A stretch of DNA of 64,000 nucleotides from Chloroflexota bacterium (GCA_018829775.1 JAHJTL010000005.1:6506-70505); one strand, 5' to 3'. Shown: positions 9,788 to 19,383, numbered from the stretch's first letter. A program made the numbers and translations. Notes: generated from the letters alone by a model not told the origin.

Positions 9788-10393
9788 ATGAAGAATAAAC
9801 GTAATAATAGTGTTGGGGAAAAGGCTCACGCAACCGGTAAGCCGCTTCCACCCGAGCAAGACAAAGCTATCAGGTTGGTGAAAAGAGCGATAGGAGGTGA
9901 TTTCGCAGCCTTTGGTGACCTTTACGGCATTTATCTTGACCGGATTTACCGATACGTATTCTATCAGGTCAAAGATAAAATGACCGCTGAGGATATCACG
10001 GAGGAAGTGTTTCTCAAGGCGTGGAAGGCGATAAACTCCTGCAAAGGGAAAGAGCAGACCTTCTCCTCATGGCTGTACCGCATCGCCCACAACCGTGTAA
10101 TCGATATCTTCCGCAGCCAGCGCAAAGCGCAGACAATTGATATGGAAACCGTAGCTGAGTTACATCACCCCACAGCGAAAATAGAAACGGAGTTAGACCA
10201 TCAAGAAATACTGGATGGCGTAGCCGACTTGCCGCCAAACCAAAGGCAGGTTATTATCCTGAAATTTATTGAAGACTTGGATAACCGCGAAATCGAACGG
10301 ATTATTGGAAAAAGCCAGGGAGCGATACGGGTACTGCAGACGCGAGCTTTGGCTAAGCTGCGCGAGAAATTGAGCAACGGGCGCGAAAAATGA
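9788..10393 (+). CDS. ECF (sigma-70 family group 4) RNA polymerase sigma factor
   Basis: Region 2 (FGDLYGIYLDRIYRYVFYQV...AEDITEEVFLKAW) and region 4 (LPPNQRQVIILKFIEDLDNREIERIIGKSQGAIRVLQTRALAKLR). Confidence 0.85.
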   Translation: MKNKRNNSVGEKAHATGKPLPPEQDKAIRLVKRAIGGDFAAFGDLYGIYLDRIYRYVFYQVKDKMTAEDITEEVFLKAWKAINSCKGKEQTFSSWLYRIAHNRVIDIFRSQRKAQTIDMETVAELHHPTAKIETELDHQEILDGVADLPPNQRQVIILKFIEDLDNREIERIIGKSQGAIRVLQTRALAKLREKLSNGREK

Positions 10394-12126
10394 ATGGTAA
10401 GCTGTTCGGAATATTAGACGAATGTATTGAGCAGATACATAGAGGGGAGAACATAGAATCCTGTCTGTCACAATACCCGCAGCTTCGGGAGCAGCTGGAG
10501 CCATTGCTAAAGACAGCGCAGGCAGTCTCGGCTCTTCCCACGGTGTTGCCGTCAGATGAATTCAGGAAAGCAGCAAAGGCGCGTTTGATGGCGAGAATTC
10601 GTCATGAGTCTTTTAAGGGAAAAACAGCAAAGTCACGACCGAGAACAACTTTACCCAGCGAACTGGCTCTTTCTTGGCAGCGAATATGGCAGGCTTTTAT
10701 TGGAGCGAAGAAGGTCGCCATTCCAGTGACACTGACTTTACTCCTCTTACTTACCGCAGGTATTTTCAGTGCGCTGAACGCTTTGTCACCAACACCCGCA
10801 CTTGCTTCCCAGTGTACTCTGAGCATACTATCCGGCAGCGCTGAGGTTCAAGAACCGGGGTCAGGACACAGCCAGTCAGGCGCTGACGGTATGACCCTGG
10901 CGGCAGGTGCGCGGGTAAAGACGGCACCTGACTCCTTTGCTCTGCTCACCTTCTTTGAGGGCAGCACCTTCAAACTCGAACCTAATAGCGATGTGGAAAT
11001 TCAAAAAATTGAAATTACTGAGGGACAGCCCACGGAAATCGTGTTAAAACAGTGGCTGGGTAGAACTTGGAGCCGTGTAGTACAGATGGCTGATCCCGGC
11101 TCGCATTACCGGATTGATACACCATCGGCCACCGCTATAGTACGAGGTACGTTATTCACGACTGAGGTCGATGAATCCGGTTTTACCAGGGTAATAACTA
11201 CAGAAGGGTTGGTGAGTGTGCTTGCTCAAGGGGAAGAGGTGTATCTGCCAGCCAACCAGCAGACCCAGGTGGAAACCGGTTCAATGCCTGCTCAACCGGT
11301 CAGCGTACCCAGCCCCCCAGCCGAGATTGTTATTAGCGTTACTATGCCGGCGGTGGGTTCGGTAATTGACCCAACTGGCTCCAGTACGGGGATTTTACCA
11401 AGTGGTCTGTCATTTAACCAGATTCTAGGTTCTCAATCCTCCTCAATTTCAGAGGACATCCAGCTCATCACCATTACAGAACCGGTGACCGGAGAATATA
11501 CTATTGCCCTGCGATATCTCACCGAGGGACAGGCCCGTTTCAATATTCAGGGTGCATCTGAGGGAAAGACGGTCTTCAATTACATTGGTAATTGGGGGGG
11601 TAAAGAGGAAGGCGGGTGGCTCATACACCTTAATATACAGGTTGAGGATGACCAGATTGTAAGCAGTGAGATAACCTCCGTGGAATCGCTTGGCGAAAAG
11701 GCACCGGAGGAAATAGTAGAAGTACCGTCAGCCATCGGGGAAGGTGAAACTATAACAACACAGGACAGCGATGCCGAAGATACCCCGGATGTTGACGAAG
11801 GCGAACCTGAAGACAAGGGCAAACCTGAGGACGAGGGTGAGCCTGGGGACAAGGGCAAGCCAGATACGCCGGATGAACCTGGGGACAAGGGCACTCCGGA
11901 TAAGCCTGGGGACAAGGGGAAGCCTGAGGATAAGGGCAAACATGAGGACGAGGGTGAGCCTGGGTACGAGGGTGAGCCTAGGTACGAGGGTGAGCCTGGG
12001 TACGAGGGTGAACCTGAAGACAAGGGCAAACCTGAAGACAAGGGCAAACCTGATGACAAGGGCAAACCTGATGACAAGGGCAAGACCAAAGACAAGGGCA
12101 AGGGAAATACGGATTCTGAAGATTAA
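10390..12126 (+). CDS. Membrane anti-sigma factor with FecR domain and a highly charged repetitive C-terminal tail
   Basis: Its ATG overlaps the sigma stop (ATGA). It has one TM (VAIPVTLTLLLLLTAGIF) and a FecR-like beta domain (GARVKTAPDSFALLTFFEGSTFKLEPNSDVEI...ATAIVRGTLFT). The C-terminal ~110 aa are GEPEDKGKP-type repeats. Confidence 0.7.
   Translation: MNGKLFGILDECIEQIHRGENIESCLSQYPQLREQLEPLLKTAQAVSALPTVLPSDEFRKAAKARLMARIRHESFKGKTAKSRPRTTLPSELALSWQRIWQAFIGAKKVAIPVTLTLLLLLTAGIFSALNALSPTPALASQCTLSILSGSAEVQEPGSGHSQSGADGMTLAAGARVKTAPDSFALLTFFEGSTFKLEPNSDVEIQKIEITEGQPTEIVLKQWLGRTWSRVVQMADPGSHYRIDTPSATAIVRGTLFTTEVDESGFTRVITTEGLVSVLAQGEEVYLPANQQTQVETGSMPAQPVSVPSPPAEIVISVTMPAVGSVIDPTGSSTGILPSGLSFNQILGSQSSSISEDIQLITITEPVTGEYTIALRYLTEGQARFNIQGASEGKTVFNYIGNWGGKEEGGWLIHLNIQVEDDQIVSSEITSVESLGEKAPEEIVEVPSAIGEGETITTQDSDAEDTPDVDEGEPEDKGKPEDEGEPGDKGKPDTPDEPGDKGTPDKPGDKGKPEDKGKHEDEGEPGYEGEPRYEGEPGYEGEPEDKGKPEDKGKPDDKGKPDDKGKTKDKGKGNTDSED
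11797..12105 (+). repeat. Imperfect 15/18-nt tandem coding repeats (DKGKPE / YEGEPG units)
   Basis: Examples: gaagacaagggcaaacct x2, gatgacaagggcaaacct x2, tacgagggtgagcct(g/a)gg x3. The absence of stop codons keeps several frames open on both strands. Confidence 0.8.
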
Positions 12127-12178
12127 GAGAGTCGGGCAGAAATGCAGGTGGGACGGAGGAGATAACAAAGGTATTAGT

Positions 12179-13369
12179 ATGGGAAAAGATAAAAACATGG
12201 TGGTCAACACTCAATCTGTTGCCTCATATAATGAAGCTGACCGAAACAACGGTTCCAACAACCATGCAATTCAAGAAGCCAGTACGATGCTGGACCTTCT
12301 CTATGAGGTTGGCAAGAAAGTTGGGTCAGTACCCAAACTGAATCAGCTGATGAAACAAGTTATCCGCATGACTCAACAAACATTGAATGCCGGAGCCTCT
12401 TCCATTTTGCTCTTTGACAATGATGAACGACAACTACGCTTTGAAATTGCGGAGGGCGAATCAGAAAGAATACTGAAACAGCTGAAATTGAATCCCCAAT
12501 CCGGGATTGCTGGCTGGGTTGCCAAGCATAAAAAGCCATTAATTATTAACGACGTTACGACAGACCAGCGCTTTGATAAAAGCGTGGATGAAATGACTGG
12601 CTTCATCACTAAGTCTGTCATTTGTGCCCCTTTACTGGTGCGTCGCAAATTAATCGGTGTGATCGAAGTGCTCAACAAAGCAGACGGGAGCGACTTCAAT
12701 GAGCAGGATTTGGGAACCTTAACTTCAGTGGCATCGACGGCGGCTATGGCGATCGAAAATACTCAATTGCATCAATCGGTACTGGATGCCTATAAGAGTA
12801 CCATCAAAGCACTGGCGGCGGCTATTGATGCCAAAGACCATTATACCAGGGGGCATTCGCAGCGCGTGATGGAATATACGCTCATGGGAGCTGCGTTCCT
12901 CTCGTTTCCCAGAGAGGAGTTGGAAATTCTAGAGTATGCTGGCATTCTCCACGACATTGGTAAAATAGGCATCGATGACAGAATACTAGGTAAACCGGCA
13001 CGGCTGACTGATGAAGAATGGGAAATCATGCACCAACATCCTAAAATAGGGGCTGAAATATTGAACGAAATCTCTTTTCTGAAAAAAGCGAGAGCGCTTA
13101 TCCTCCACCACCACGAACGATTTGATGGCAATGGCTACCCGTATGGTCTAAAGCAGGAAGACATTCCGATGGGTGCTCGATTGTTGGCCATCGCTGATGC
13201 TTTTGATACCATGACCACAGATCGCGCCTATCGTGCTAGATTAGGCGTGGACAGAGCCATGAAAGAGCTGTATGACTGCTCGGGCACTCAGTTCTGTCCG
13301 GTAGCCGTAGACGCCTTTTTCTTCGGGTATCAGGAACATGTTAATAATCAGTGCCCGTCGACGGTGTGA
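12179..13369 (+). CDS. GAF domain + HD-GYP domain phosphodiesterase
   Basis: GAF region (ASSILLFDNDERQLRF...LIGVIEVLNK), then HD-GYP (HSQRV...AGILHDIGKIGI...HHHERFDGNGYPYGL). The ORF-track start 11771 runs through the repeat of the upstream gene in another frame. The first ATG clear of it is 12179. Confidence 0.85.
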   Translation: MGKDKNMVVNTQSVASYNEADRNNGSNNHAIQEASTMLDLLYEVGKKVGSVPKLNQLMKQVIRMTQQTLNAGASSILLFDNDERQLRFEIAEGESERILKQLKLNPQSGIAGWVAKHKKPLIINDVTTDQRFDKSVDEMTGFITKSVICAPLLVRRKLIGVIEVLNKADGSDFNEQDLGTLTSVASTAAMAIENTQLHQSVLDAYKSTIKALAAAIDAKDHYTRGHSQRVMEYTLMGAAFLSFPREELEILEYAGILHDIGKIGIDDRILGKPARLTDEEWEIMHQHPKIGAEILNEISFLKKARALILHHHERFDGNGYPYGLKQEDIPMGARLLAIADAFDTMTTDRAYRARLGVDRAMKELYDCSGTQFCPVAVDAFFFGYQEHVNNQCPSTV

Positions 13370-13408
13370 GCAGATAGCTAAATCGAGATGCAGTGACGCA
13401 GTAGATTT

Positions 13409-14179
13409 ATGAACATTCGAATTTTAGGGGCACATAATGTTGAATCAAGAACGACCAGGTGTATCTCTCTCCTCATTGACAACGCAGTGGCGATAGATGC
13501 TGGTGGACTTACTTCAGGTTTGTCCATTTCGGCCCAGCAAAGACTGAAGGCGCTTCTCCTTACACACCAGCATTATGACCATATCCGTGACATCCCCGAT
13601 TTGGCTTTAAACCACTCTCTCAACGGTAATCGTGTGCAGATATATGCCACACCTGATGTGCGCAGCGCCATTGAAACTCATCTGCTGAACGGAAAACTGT
13701 ATCCGAAATTCCAGGAAACACCAGCAGCCAGACCAGCTATTGATTTCAAATTGATTGAGCCCTATGTACCTCAGGTGATTGAACGATACGAGGTTTTAGC
13801 TATACCGGTAAACCATCCTGATATCACGGTTGGCTATCAAATCAGGGACAATAAAGGAAGTGCAATGTTCTATACCGCAGATACCGGCCCTGGTTTGTCA
13901 CACTGCTGGCAGCAAGTGTCCCCTCATGTATTAATCGTTGATGTGACCGTATCGAACAGATACGATGAATTTGCCAAAAAGACGGGACATCTCACTCCAG
14001 CTCTTCTCTATGAGGAATTAGTTAAGTTTCGAGAGCTCAAGGGATATTTGCCCAGGATAATCGCGGTGCACATGAATCCGTCGCTGGAAAAAGAAATCAA
14101 AGAGGAAGCGGCGGCTGTCGCCGAGGTTCTAAATGCTTCTATCACCCTGGCTAGCGAAGATATGCGGCTTGCCATTTAG
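13409..14179 (+). CDS. MBL-fold metallo-hydrolase, resembling class II 3',5'-cyclic-nucleotide phosphodiesterases
   Basis: LLLTHQHYDHIRDIP is the HxHxDH metal motif. Overall layout (ILGAHN..S...IDAGG ... HLTP ... AVHMNP) recalls CpdP/PDE1-like enzymes. The family assignment is from memory. Confidence 0.65.
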   Translation: MNIRILGAHNVESRTTRCISLLIDNAVAIDAGGLTSGLSISAQQRLKALLLTHQHYDHIRDIPDLALNHSLNGNRVQIYATPDVRSAIETHLLNGKLYPKFQETPAARPAIDFKLIEPYVPQVIERYEVLAIPVNHPDITVGYQIRDNKGSAMFYTADTGPGLSHCWQQVSPHVLIVDVTVSNRYDEFAKKTGHLTPALLYEELVKFRELKGYLPRIIAVHMNPSLEKEIKEEAAAVAEVLNASITLASEDMRLAI

Positions 14180-14280
14180 AGGGAGTCAAAAATCAGGAAA
14201 AAAGCGTGACGTAATATCACTAGTTAGCCTAAAAGTGAGTAATTTAGTTCCCCAGTAATGGAATCCACCCCCGCTGCCCA

Positions 14281-15558
14281 TTATTGAACCTTATCACCCG
14301 GTTCCGTTGGACTCCTCACCGGGGTAATCGTGGAAACTGCGATTATGGCAACAACCGCAAGGCCAGCCAGCAATAACCAGATTGTTTGATAACTGCCCCA
14401 TCTATCATAGGCCAACCCGGCTATGGCTGGCCCAATCATCATTCCTATTGTGCCAATGCCTTCCATTATGCCGTAGATGCTTCCGAAGTTGGTTCTACCA
14501 AAGTACTCTCTCGCCAGTGATGGCAGGAGTGCATTGCTACCTCCGTAACCGATACCCATCAGGATAATGAAAGGAACGAGTAACCAGAGACTATTACTGG
14601 AAGCATATGCGAAACAGAGTACGCCGAGACCTGTCATAATGAAGCTCGCTGTGGCCACCAGTCTCCTACTGAATTTATCCCCAAGCCAGCCAAATCCGAG
14701 GCGACCGGAAACACTCATCAGCGGGATTGCAGTGGCCACCAGGCTGGATTGCGCCCTGCTAACGCCGATGGTGCTGAGGTAGGGCATTACATGCGTGATT
14801 ACCGCAGCCACCACCATCATATGATACATTCGTGAAACGGCTAAACGCCAGAAGGATCCACTCTTAAGTGCCTGCTTTACCCTCACCTCAGTTTCGACAA
14901 CCGGCCGGGGACCTGCTTCGCCGGTGTGTGCTACTTCGCCCTGTTTCTGGCCATCCGGAAAGTAACCGTAATGCTCAGGCCGGTGTCGAAACAGGAGCGA
15001 CAGGGGCAAAATCGTAACCACCATACCCACGGCAAGGATGTTTAACGCGGTGCGCCAATCATACACTGCAATGAGTCTCACTATAACCGGAATCAGCAGA
15101 CCACTGAAGCCAAAACCGCAGATTGCTATACCGGTCGCCAGTCCTATCTTCCTGCGAAACCAGTTGGCGAGCGTCGTCAGCAATACGGTTACCGTGCAGG
15201 CACTCACCCCTATTGCAAGCAGAGCAAAGGCCCCGTAAAACATGATTAGAGACCTTGTATAACTGAGGAGAAGTAAACCGCTTACCGTGAAGAACACACC
15301 GCCGAATATAAGCCTCCTGGGGCCCCAGCGGTCGGCGAGTATACCTACGACTGGTGACAGAAGGCCTATCTCCAAACCACGTAAAGAGGCAGCCAGTGAG
15401 ATTTGCGTGTAACTCCAGCCCATATCGTTTGCTATAGGCTCAAAGAAGGCGGTGAACCCGTAGAATACCGTTCCACCTACGTATAGGGCGATAAAGAAAG
15501 AGGCACCAACAATCCACCAACCGTAGAATATCTTAAATTGATTTCTGTTCCGTATCAT
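14281..15558 (-). CDS. MFS transporter, oxalate/formate antiporter (OFA)-like (paralogue 1 of 3)
   Basis: 425 aa, 12 TM. N-terminus FKIFYGWWIV is shared with the other two MFS genes. Contains the DRWGPRR loop motif. Confidence 0.85.
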   Translation of the reverse strand: MIRNRNQFKIFYGWWIVGASFFIALYVGGTVFYGFTAFFEPIANDMGWSYTQISLAASLRGLEIGLLSPVVGILADRWGPRRLIFGGVFFTVSGLLLLSYTRSLIMFYGAFALLAIGVSACTVTVLLTTLANWFRRKIGLATGIAICGFGFSGLLIPVIVRLIAVYDWRTALNILAVGMVVTILPLSLLFRHRPEHYGYFPDGQKQGEVAHTGEAGPRPVVETEVRVKQALKSGSFWRLAVSRMYHMMVVAAVITHVMPYLSTIGVSRAQSSLVATAIPLMSVSGRLGFGWLGDKFSRRLVATASFIMTGLGVLCFAYASSNSLWLLVPFIILMGIGYGGSNALLPSLAREYFGRTNFGSIYGIMEGIGTIGMMIGPAIAGLAYDRWGSYQTIWLLLAGLAVVAIIAVSTITPVRSPTEPGDKVQ

Positions 15559-15594
15559 CAGTTAATAAATTATCCACACTGTTCAGGAACGAAT

Positions 15595-16665
15595 TCATTT
15601 CAGGAGGTTGTTGCTCCAGGGCACTCCGTATTCCGATGACAGTTTCTGTAAATCGCTTACGGTAGCTGGAGGAAGGGGGATGCCTTCCTTCTCCCTTCGC
15701 TGCTGGTTGTGTATTTCTATCTCTCCGGGGAGAAACACTTCATTCACCCCTTTGGCGGTGGGCAATGCCTTTATTTCGCGAACCATCGTGTCCATTCGAT
15801 TTTTGAATTCATTGACATCGGTAAATCGCCCGATATCAATTGCTCCCATCATTTGCCCCACGTTCTGCGGGCGGTCCATGTTTTTGTACAGGTCCCCCAC
15901 ATAGGGTCCGTAACTGGCACCGGTCAATATGCCCACAAACACATCGATTATCAAAGAAATGCCGGACCCCTTTGGCCCGCCGAAGGGCATAAGCGCACCA
16001 TGTAAAGCCTTGGCAGCGTCGGTGGTCACCTCTCCGTCTGCATCGATAGCCCAGCCCGCCGGAATGGGCTCTCCCTTCTGCGCTGCCAGGATGATTTTAC
16101 CCCAGGCGGCGACGCTGGTGGCCATGTCAAGTATGACCGGCAACTCCTGCCCGGTGGGGACAGCAACGGAAAGAGGGTTGGTTCCAAAATAGGGAGTTCT
16201 GGCACCCCATGGGGCTACAGTCGCATACGAATTGGCCAGAGCAATCCCGATCATATCCTTTTCCAGAGCCATCACCGTGAAAAAGGCCGTGGCGCCGAAA
16301 TGATTGGAATTGCGAATCCCTATCAGGCTGAGGCCACTTTCTCTGGCTTTGCGCATAGCTAATTCCATTGCCATTTTGGCTACTACCTGTCCGCTGCCAT
16401 TATCTCCGTCCACCAGAGCCATAGCCGACGTTTCTTGCAGAACAGTGATTTCAGGTTTTGGGTTAACCAATTTTTTCTGCAGCCTCTGCATATAGACCGC
16501 CATTCTGGCAACGCCGTGCGAATCTACACCGCGTAGATTGGCCGTCACTAATGACTCGGCAATTAAGTCTGCATCCTCAGGTGGGAACTTCATTTTCTGT
16601 AATAAGGCACTGCAGAATTCCTTGAGCCCTTCCGGATTAAAAAATTGAGTGGATTTAACGTTCAT
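15595..16665 (-). CDS. Ldh_2 family (malate/L-lactate/ureidoglycolate dehydrogenase type 2) oxidoreductase
   Basis: 356 aa. RGVDSHGV and NSNHFGA motifs are typical of the Ldh_2 family. Confidence 0.85.
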   Translation of the reverse strand: MNVKSTQFFNPEGLKEFCSALLQKMKFPPEDADLIAESLVTANLRGVDSHGVARMAVYMQRLQKKLVNPKPEITVLQETSAMALVDGDNGSGQVVAKMAMELAMRKARESGLSLIGIRNSNHFGATAFFTVMALEKDMIGIALANSYATVAPWGARTPYFGTNPLSVAVPTGQELPVILDMATSVAAWGKIILAAQKGEPIPAGWAIDADGEVTTDAAKALHGALMPFGGPKGSGISLIIDVFVGILTGASYGPYVGDLYKNMDRPQNVGQMMGAIDIGRFTDVNEFKNRMDTMVREIKALPTAKGVNEVFLPGEIEIHNQQRREKEGIPLPPATVSDLQKLSSEYGVPWSNNLLK

Positions 16666-16844
16666 TGGAATCAGAAACCTCCTTTCTGTGGTAGGCCTGT
16701 CGCCTGCTTTGTTCCATTAAAACTTTTAATTAGAAACAAGGTTCTTAATAGTAGCATCCAATCATCAAGCAATCAAGGGAGCTTTTAGATGTACCATAGT
16801 AGCCATAGGTAGTTGACAAAGCAATTAAGAAAATTTCTCTGAAA

Positions 16845-16890
16845 CAAAAAAGCGCCGGCAACCGTCGTTATTTCGGACAGTCACCGGCGC
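16845..16890 (-). terminator. Rho-independent terminator downstream of the tautomerase gene
   Basis: Inverted repeat GCGCCGG (16852-16858) / CCGGCGC (16884-16890). On the minus strand it is followed by TTTTTT (16851-16846). Confidence 0.6.
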
Positions 16891-17052
16891 CCCTTTTAAT
16901 CGCCACATCCCTAATCTAATTTATTGAGAAGTAGGGTGGGGCGCATGTTGCGATTGTTGCACGCAACACTCGTGCTACTAATAAACTCATTAAATGCTAT
17001 GAATTACCGTATACTAAATGCACTATTTATCTTTATAAAAGGGTCAAAGCTA

Positions 17053-17235
17053 TTAGTCAATAAATAGCTTCCCTCCTTTAGCCGCGTTGTGCTTCGGTAT
17101 GTCGAAGTAGGTTATAGATACGCTATCTGCACCGACCTCGTAGATTTTAACAATCGAGTCCGTAATCTCCTTGGCCAATTTTCGCTTCTGCTCAATTGTT
17201 CGGCCTTCAAATTGATTGATAGTGATAACTGGCAT
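17053..17235 (-). CDS. 4-oxalocrotonate tautomerase family enzyme
   Basis: MPVITINQFEGRTIEQKRKLAKEITDSIVKIYEV... has the catalytic Pro1 after Met. GGAGGTG SD upstream of ATG 17235, so the ORF-track start 17283 is too long. Confidence 0.8.
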   Translation of the reverse strand: MPVITINQFEGRTIEQKRKLAKEITDSIVKIYEVGADSVSITYFDIPKHNAAKGGKLFID

Positions 17236-17301
17236 GTTTCTTTCACCTCCATGTACTTGATTCGTATATTCTAGCACGTTCAAACTAATAAGGTACGGGC
17301 G

Positions 17302-17634
17302 CTAATTTATTATGACGTGCTCCTCCACAACGTATCTTGTTATCCTGTCTCTAACCATGAATTTATCCTCGTCATCTAAAAGCGGCTTCGCTTCATCAGA
17401 CTGACGCCAGGCGCGTGAGCTCTTATACGCATCAAGGTCGTCAAACCATAATTCTACGAGACCATCTGCTTCGTATTTAAGACCGGGGATTTTGACCGGA
17501 TGATTTTGTACATATCTCCTCAACCCGGGGATGATTTTAGCAGCCAGAGGCCCATGTTTTTCCTTCCAATACTTGTAAAACTCTTCATCACTGAGACCGG
17601 GTTTTTTATATATCAGCGCAATCAGCTTTATCAT
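17302..17634 (-). CDS. EthD domain protein
   Basis: 110 aa. MIKLIALIYKKPGLSDEEFYKYWKEKHGPLA is a typical EthD/TIGR02118-like N-terminus. Confidence 0.7.
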   Translation of the reverse strand: MIKLIALIYKKPGLSDEEFYKYWKEKHGPLAAKIIPGLRRYVQNHPVKIPGLKYEADGLVELWFDDLDAYKSSRAWRQSDEAKPLLDDEDKFMVRDRITRYVVEEHVIIN

Positions 17635-17773
17635 ATTATCTCCTTCTTGAATTTAGAATAACTCCAGCTATGCTCTTAACATCTGCCAGCACTCAGGTCA
17701 TAAGGGATGAATCCCCGGGCGAGCGAAATATGGTTAAAGGAATTGAGGTTTAGCTAATCTATATTGTTCAATA

Positions 17774-18247
17774 TCAGGCCCCCGCTCTCACCATCAAAAC
17801 GGGTACCTTGCCCCCTCGCAGCACCTTATCGGTGACACTGCCGAAAGCCCAGCGACTAATGCCAGCCCGTCCGTGTGTTGACATGGCTACCAAGTCAGCA
17901 TTGACTTCTTCCTCAATTTTAATAATCTCGTCAGCCGGGTTTTGACCTATGGCCACTTTAGATAACACGGTAGCCCCTTTGTTTCTGAGGTTTTCTCCAA
18001 CCTCATTGAGATATTTCATGGCATCGGCTTTCATTTGCTCCAGTTCGCTTTCGCTGTACGGCACTGTAATAGTACCCGCCGCACCTCCACTGATTTGAAC
18101 ATCGTGTTTTAGTGCGGTAACCACATGGAAAAGAGTAACTTCAACCTTTTGCCCCGGTGAAATTCTGGAGACCAAATCTTCAACATAGTGCAGGGCAGCT
18201 TCACCCAATTTAGAACCATCCAACGGAATAAGTATTCTCTCAGACAT
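17774..18247 (-). CDS. Universal stress protein (UspA family)
   Basis: ILIPLDGS...DLVAMSTHGRAGISRWAFGSVTDKVLRGGKVPVLMV. Confidence 0.85.
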   Translation of the reverse strand: MSERILIPLDGSKLGEAALHYVEDLVSRISPGQKVEVTLFHVVTALKHDVQISGGAAGTITVPYSESELEQMKADAMKYLNEVGENLRNKGATVLSKVAIGQNPADEIIKIEEEVNADLVAMSTHGRAGISRWAFGSVTDKVLRGGKVPVLMVRAGA

Positions 18248-18289
18248 TTTTTATACCTCCTATTCATGTTTTTGAATCGAATGAATTGA

Positions 18290-18317
18290 ATTATAGTCCT
18301 ATTTGGTGGGATGTCAA
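18290..18317 (-). promoter_or_regulatory. Strong sigma-70-type promoter (copy 2 of the recurrent module) for uspA-like gene
   Basis: Minus strand reads AGTATTGACATCCCACCAAATAGGACTATAATTC, i.e. TTGACA-N16-TATAAT. Confidence 0.7.
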
Positions 18318-18489
18318 TACTAGAAAGGGGATTTGAGCTTATAAGCGTGCGGGATTCGAACGTGGAGAACGATTAATATTGCCTTGAGGCTTTCGGCGGG
18401 CAGGTAGCCTTGCTAGCAGAGTTCGAGATTTCCCTGCCCCTTTAACTTGCCTGATACATGCTTCCTTTTGTTGCTTATTTATTCAGGAA

Positions 18490-19383
18490 TCAAGCTGAAG
18501 GCAGGTCCTCGGTCTCGCTGACAATCGCCTTATATAGGTGGGGGCGCCTGTCTCTTAAGAAAGGCGTTGTCTGTCTGGCACTTATCAGTAACTGTCGATC
18601 CAGCTCGGCGGTGATTACCTTTTCCTCTTCTCCTGCATCGACAATGATTTCTCCTTTGGGACTGACTATCCTGCTGCCTCCATAGAAGATGGCGTCGCCT
18701 TCTTGTCCCGTGTGATTGCATGGTGCCAGGAAAACGATGTTCTCTATAGCGCGACAGGTCATCCGGGCATCCCATCTGCGCAACCACCCCGCTTTGTCTA
18801 TCGAGTCTGGCCCGGCACTGCTGGGTAGACTGCTTGACTCTGGGGAGAGATAGCCGACCGGGGAAGCAAAAGGCACTATTACCAGTTCTGCTCCATTCAG
18901 CGTAACGCAGCGCGCCGACTCCGGGAAATGAAGGTCGTAACAAATGACAATACCAACCTTCCAGTCATGGATTTCAAATACCGGATACTTGGACCCGTAC
19001 CGGTAATAAATTAACTCCAAAGCCCGGAAGCCGGCAGGATGTGTTTTCCGGTATTTACCGATTATCTGGCCTTGCTGGTCAATCACCATTGCCGTATCAA
19101 AATATATACCGGGCTGTTCTTGTTCATAGATTGTGGCGATGATATAAACGCCGTGTTGCTTTGCCTTTTCCTTTATGCGTGTGATAGTGAAGCCATCATC
19201 CTTCTCAGCCCATTGCACGTACTTGTAGTCACGGTATTGTGCGAAGTACAGGTTGTTGAAGAATTCGGGCAGTACTATTAAATCCGGTTTCTCCCTCGCT
19301 GCCTGGTCGATGAAATCACATGCTCGAGCAACATTGGAATCTCTATCCTTACCGCAATTCATTTGAATCAGACTCAGCTTCAT
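18490..19383 (-). CDS. Carbon-nitrogen hydrolase (nitrilase superfamily) amidase
   Basis: MKLSLIQMN...PEFFN (Glu), YRKTHP (Lys), VGIVICYD (Cys) form the catalytic triad pattern. AGGAGG SD precedes ATG 19383, and the GTG at 19401 lies inside that SD. Confidence 0.85.
   Translation of the reverse strand: MKLSLIQMNCGKDRDSNVARACDFIDQAAREKPDLIVLPEFFNNLYFAQYRDYKYVQWAEKDDGFTITRIKEKAKQHGVYIIATIYEQEQPGIYFDTAMVIDQQGQIIGKYRKTHPAGFRALELIYYRYGSKYPVFEIHDWKVGIVICYDLHFPESARCVTLNGAELVIVPFASPVGYLSPESSSLPSSAGPDSIDKAGWLRRWDARMTCRAIENIVFLAPCNHTGQEGDAIFYGGSRIVSPKGEIIVDAGEEEKVITAELDRQLLISARQTTPFLRDRRPHLYKAIVSETEDLPSA

Noticed and set aside
11580-12214. Long ORFs on both strands (11580-12101 -, 11728-12210 -, 11978-12214 -) and the 5' extension of ORF 11771-13369 (+) across the repeat region
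   Set aside because: All lie within the stop-free DKGKPE/YEGEPG tandem repeat of the anti-sigma gene. Their translations are low-complexity mirror images (LPLSSG..., RANLKT...) with no SD or independent coding evidence. The real GAF-HD-GYP gene starts at ATG 12179.
18345-18376. GCGTGCGGGATTCGAACGTGG, resembling the reverse complement of a tRNA T arm/acceptor
   Set aside because: It is only about a 16-nt resemblance. The flanking stem halves do not pair and no anticodon arm is present. TTCGAA is a common palindromic hexamer, so the evidence is too weak to call a tRNA relic.
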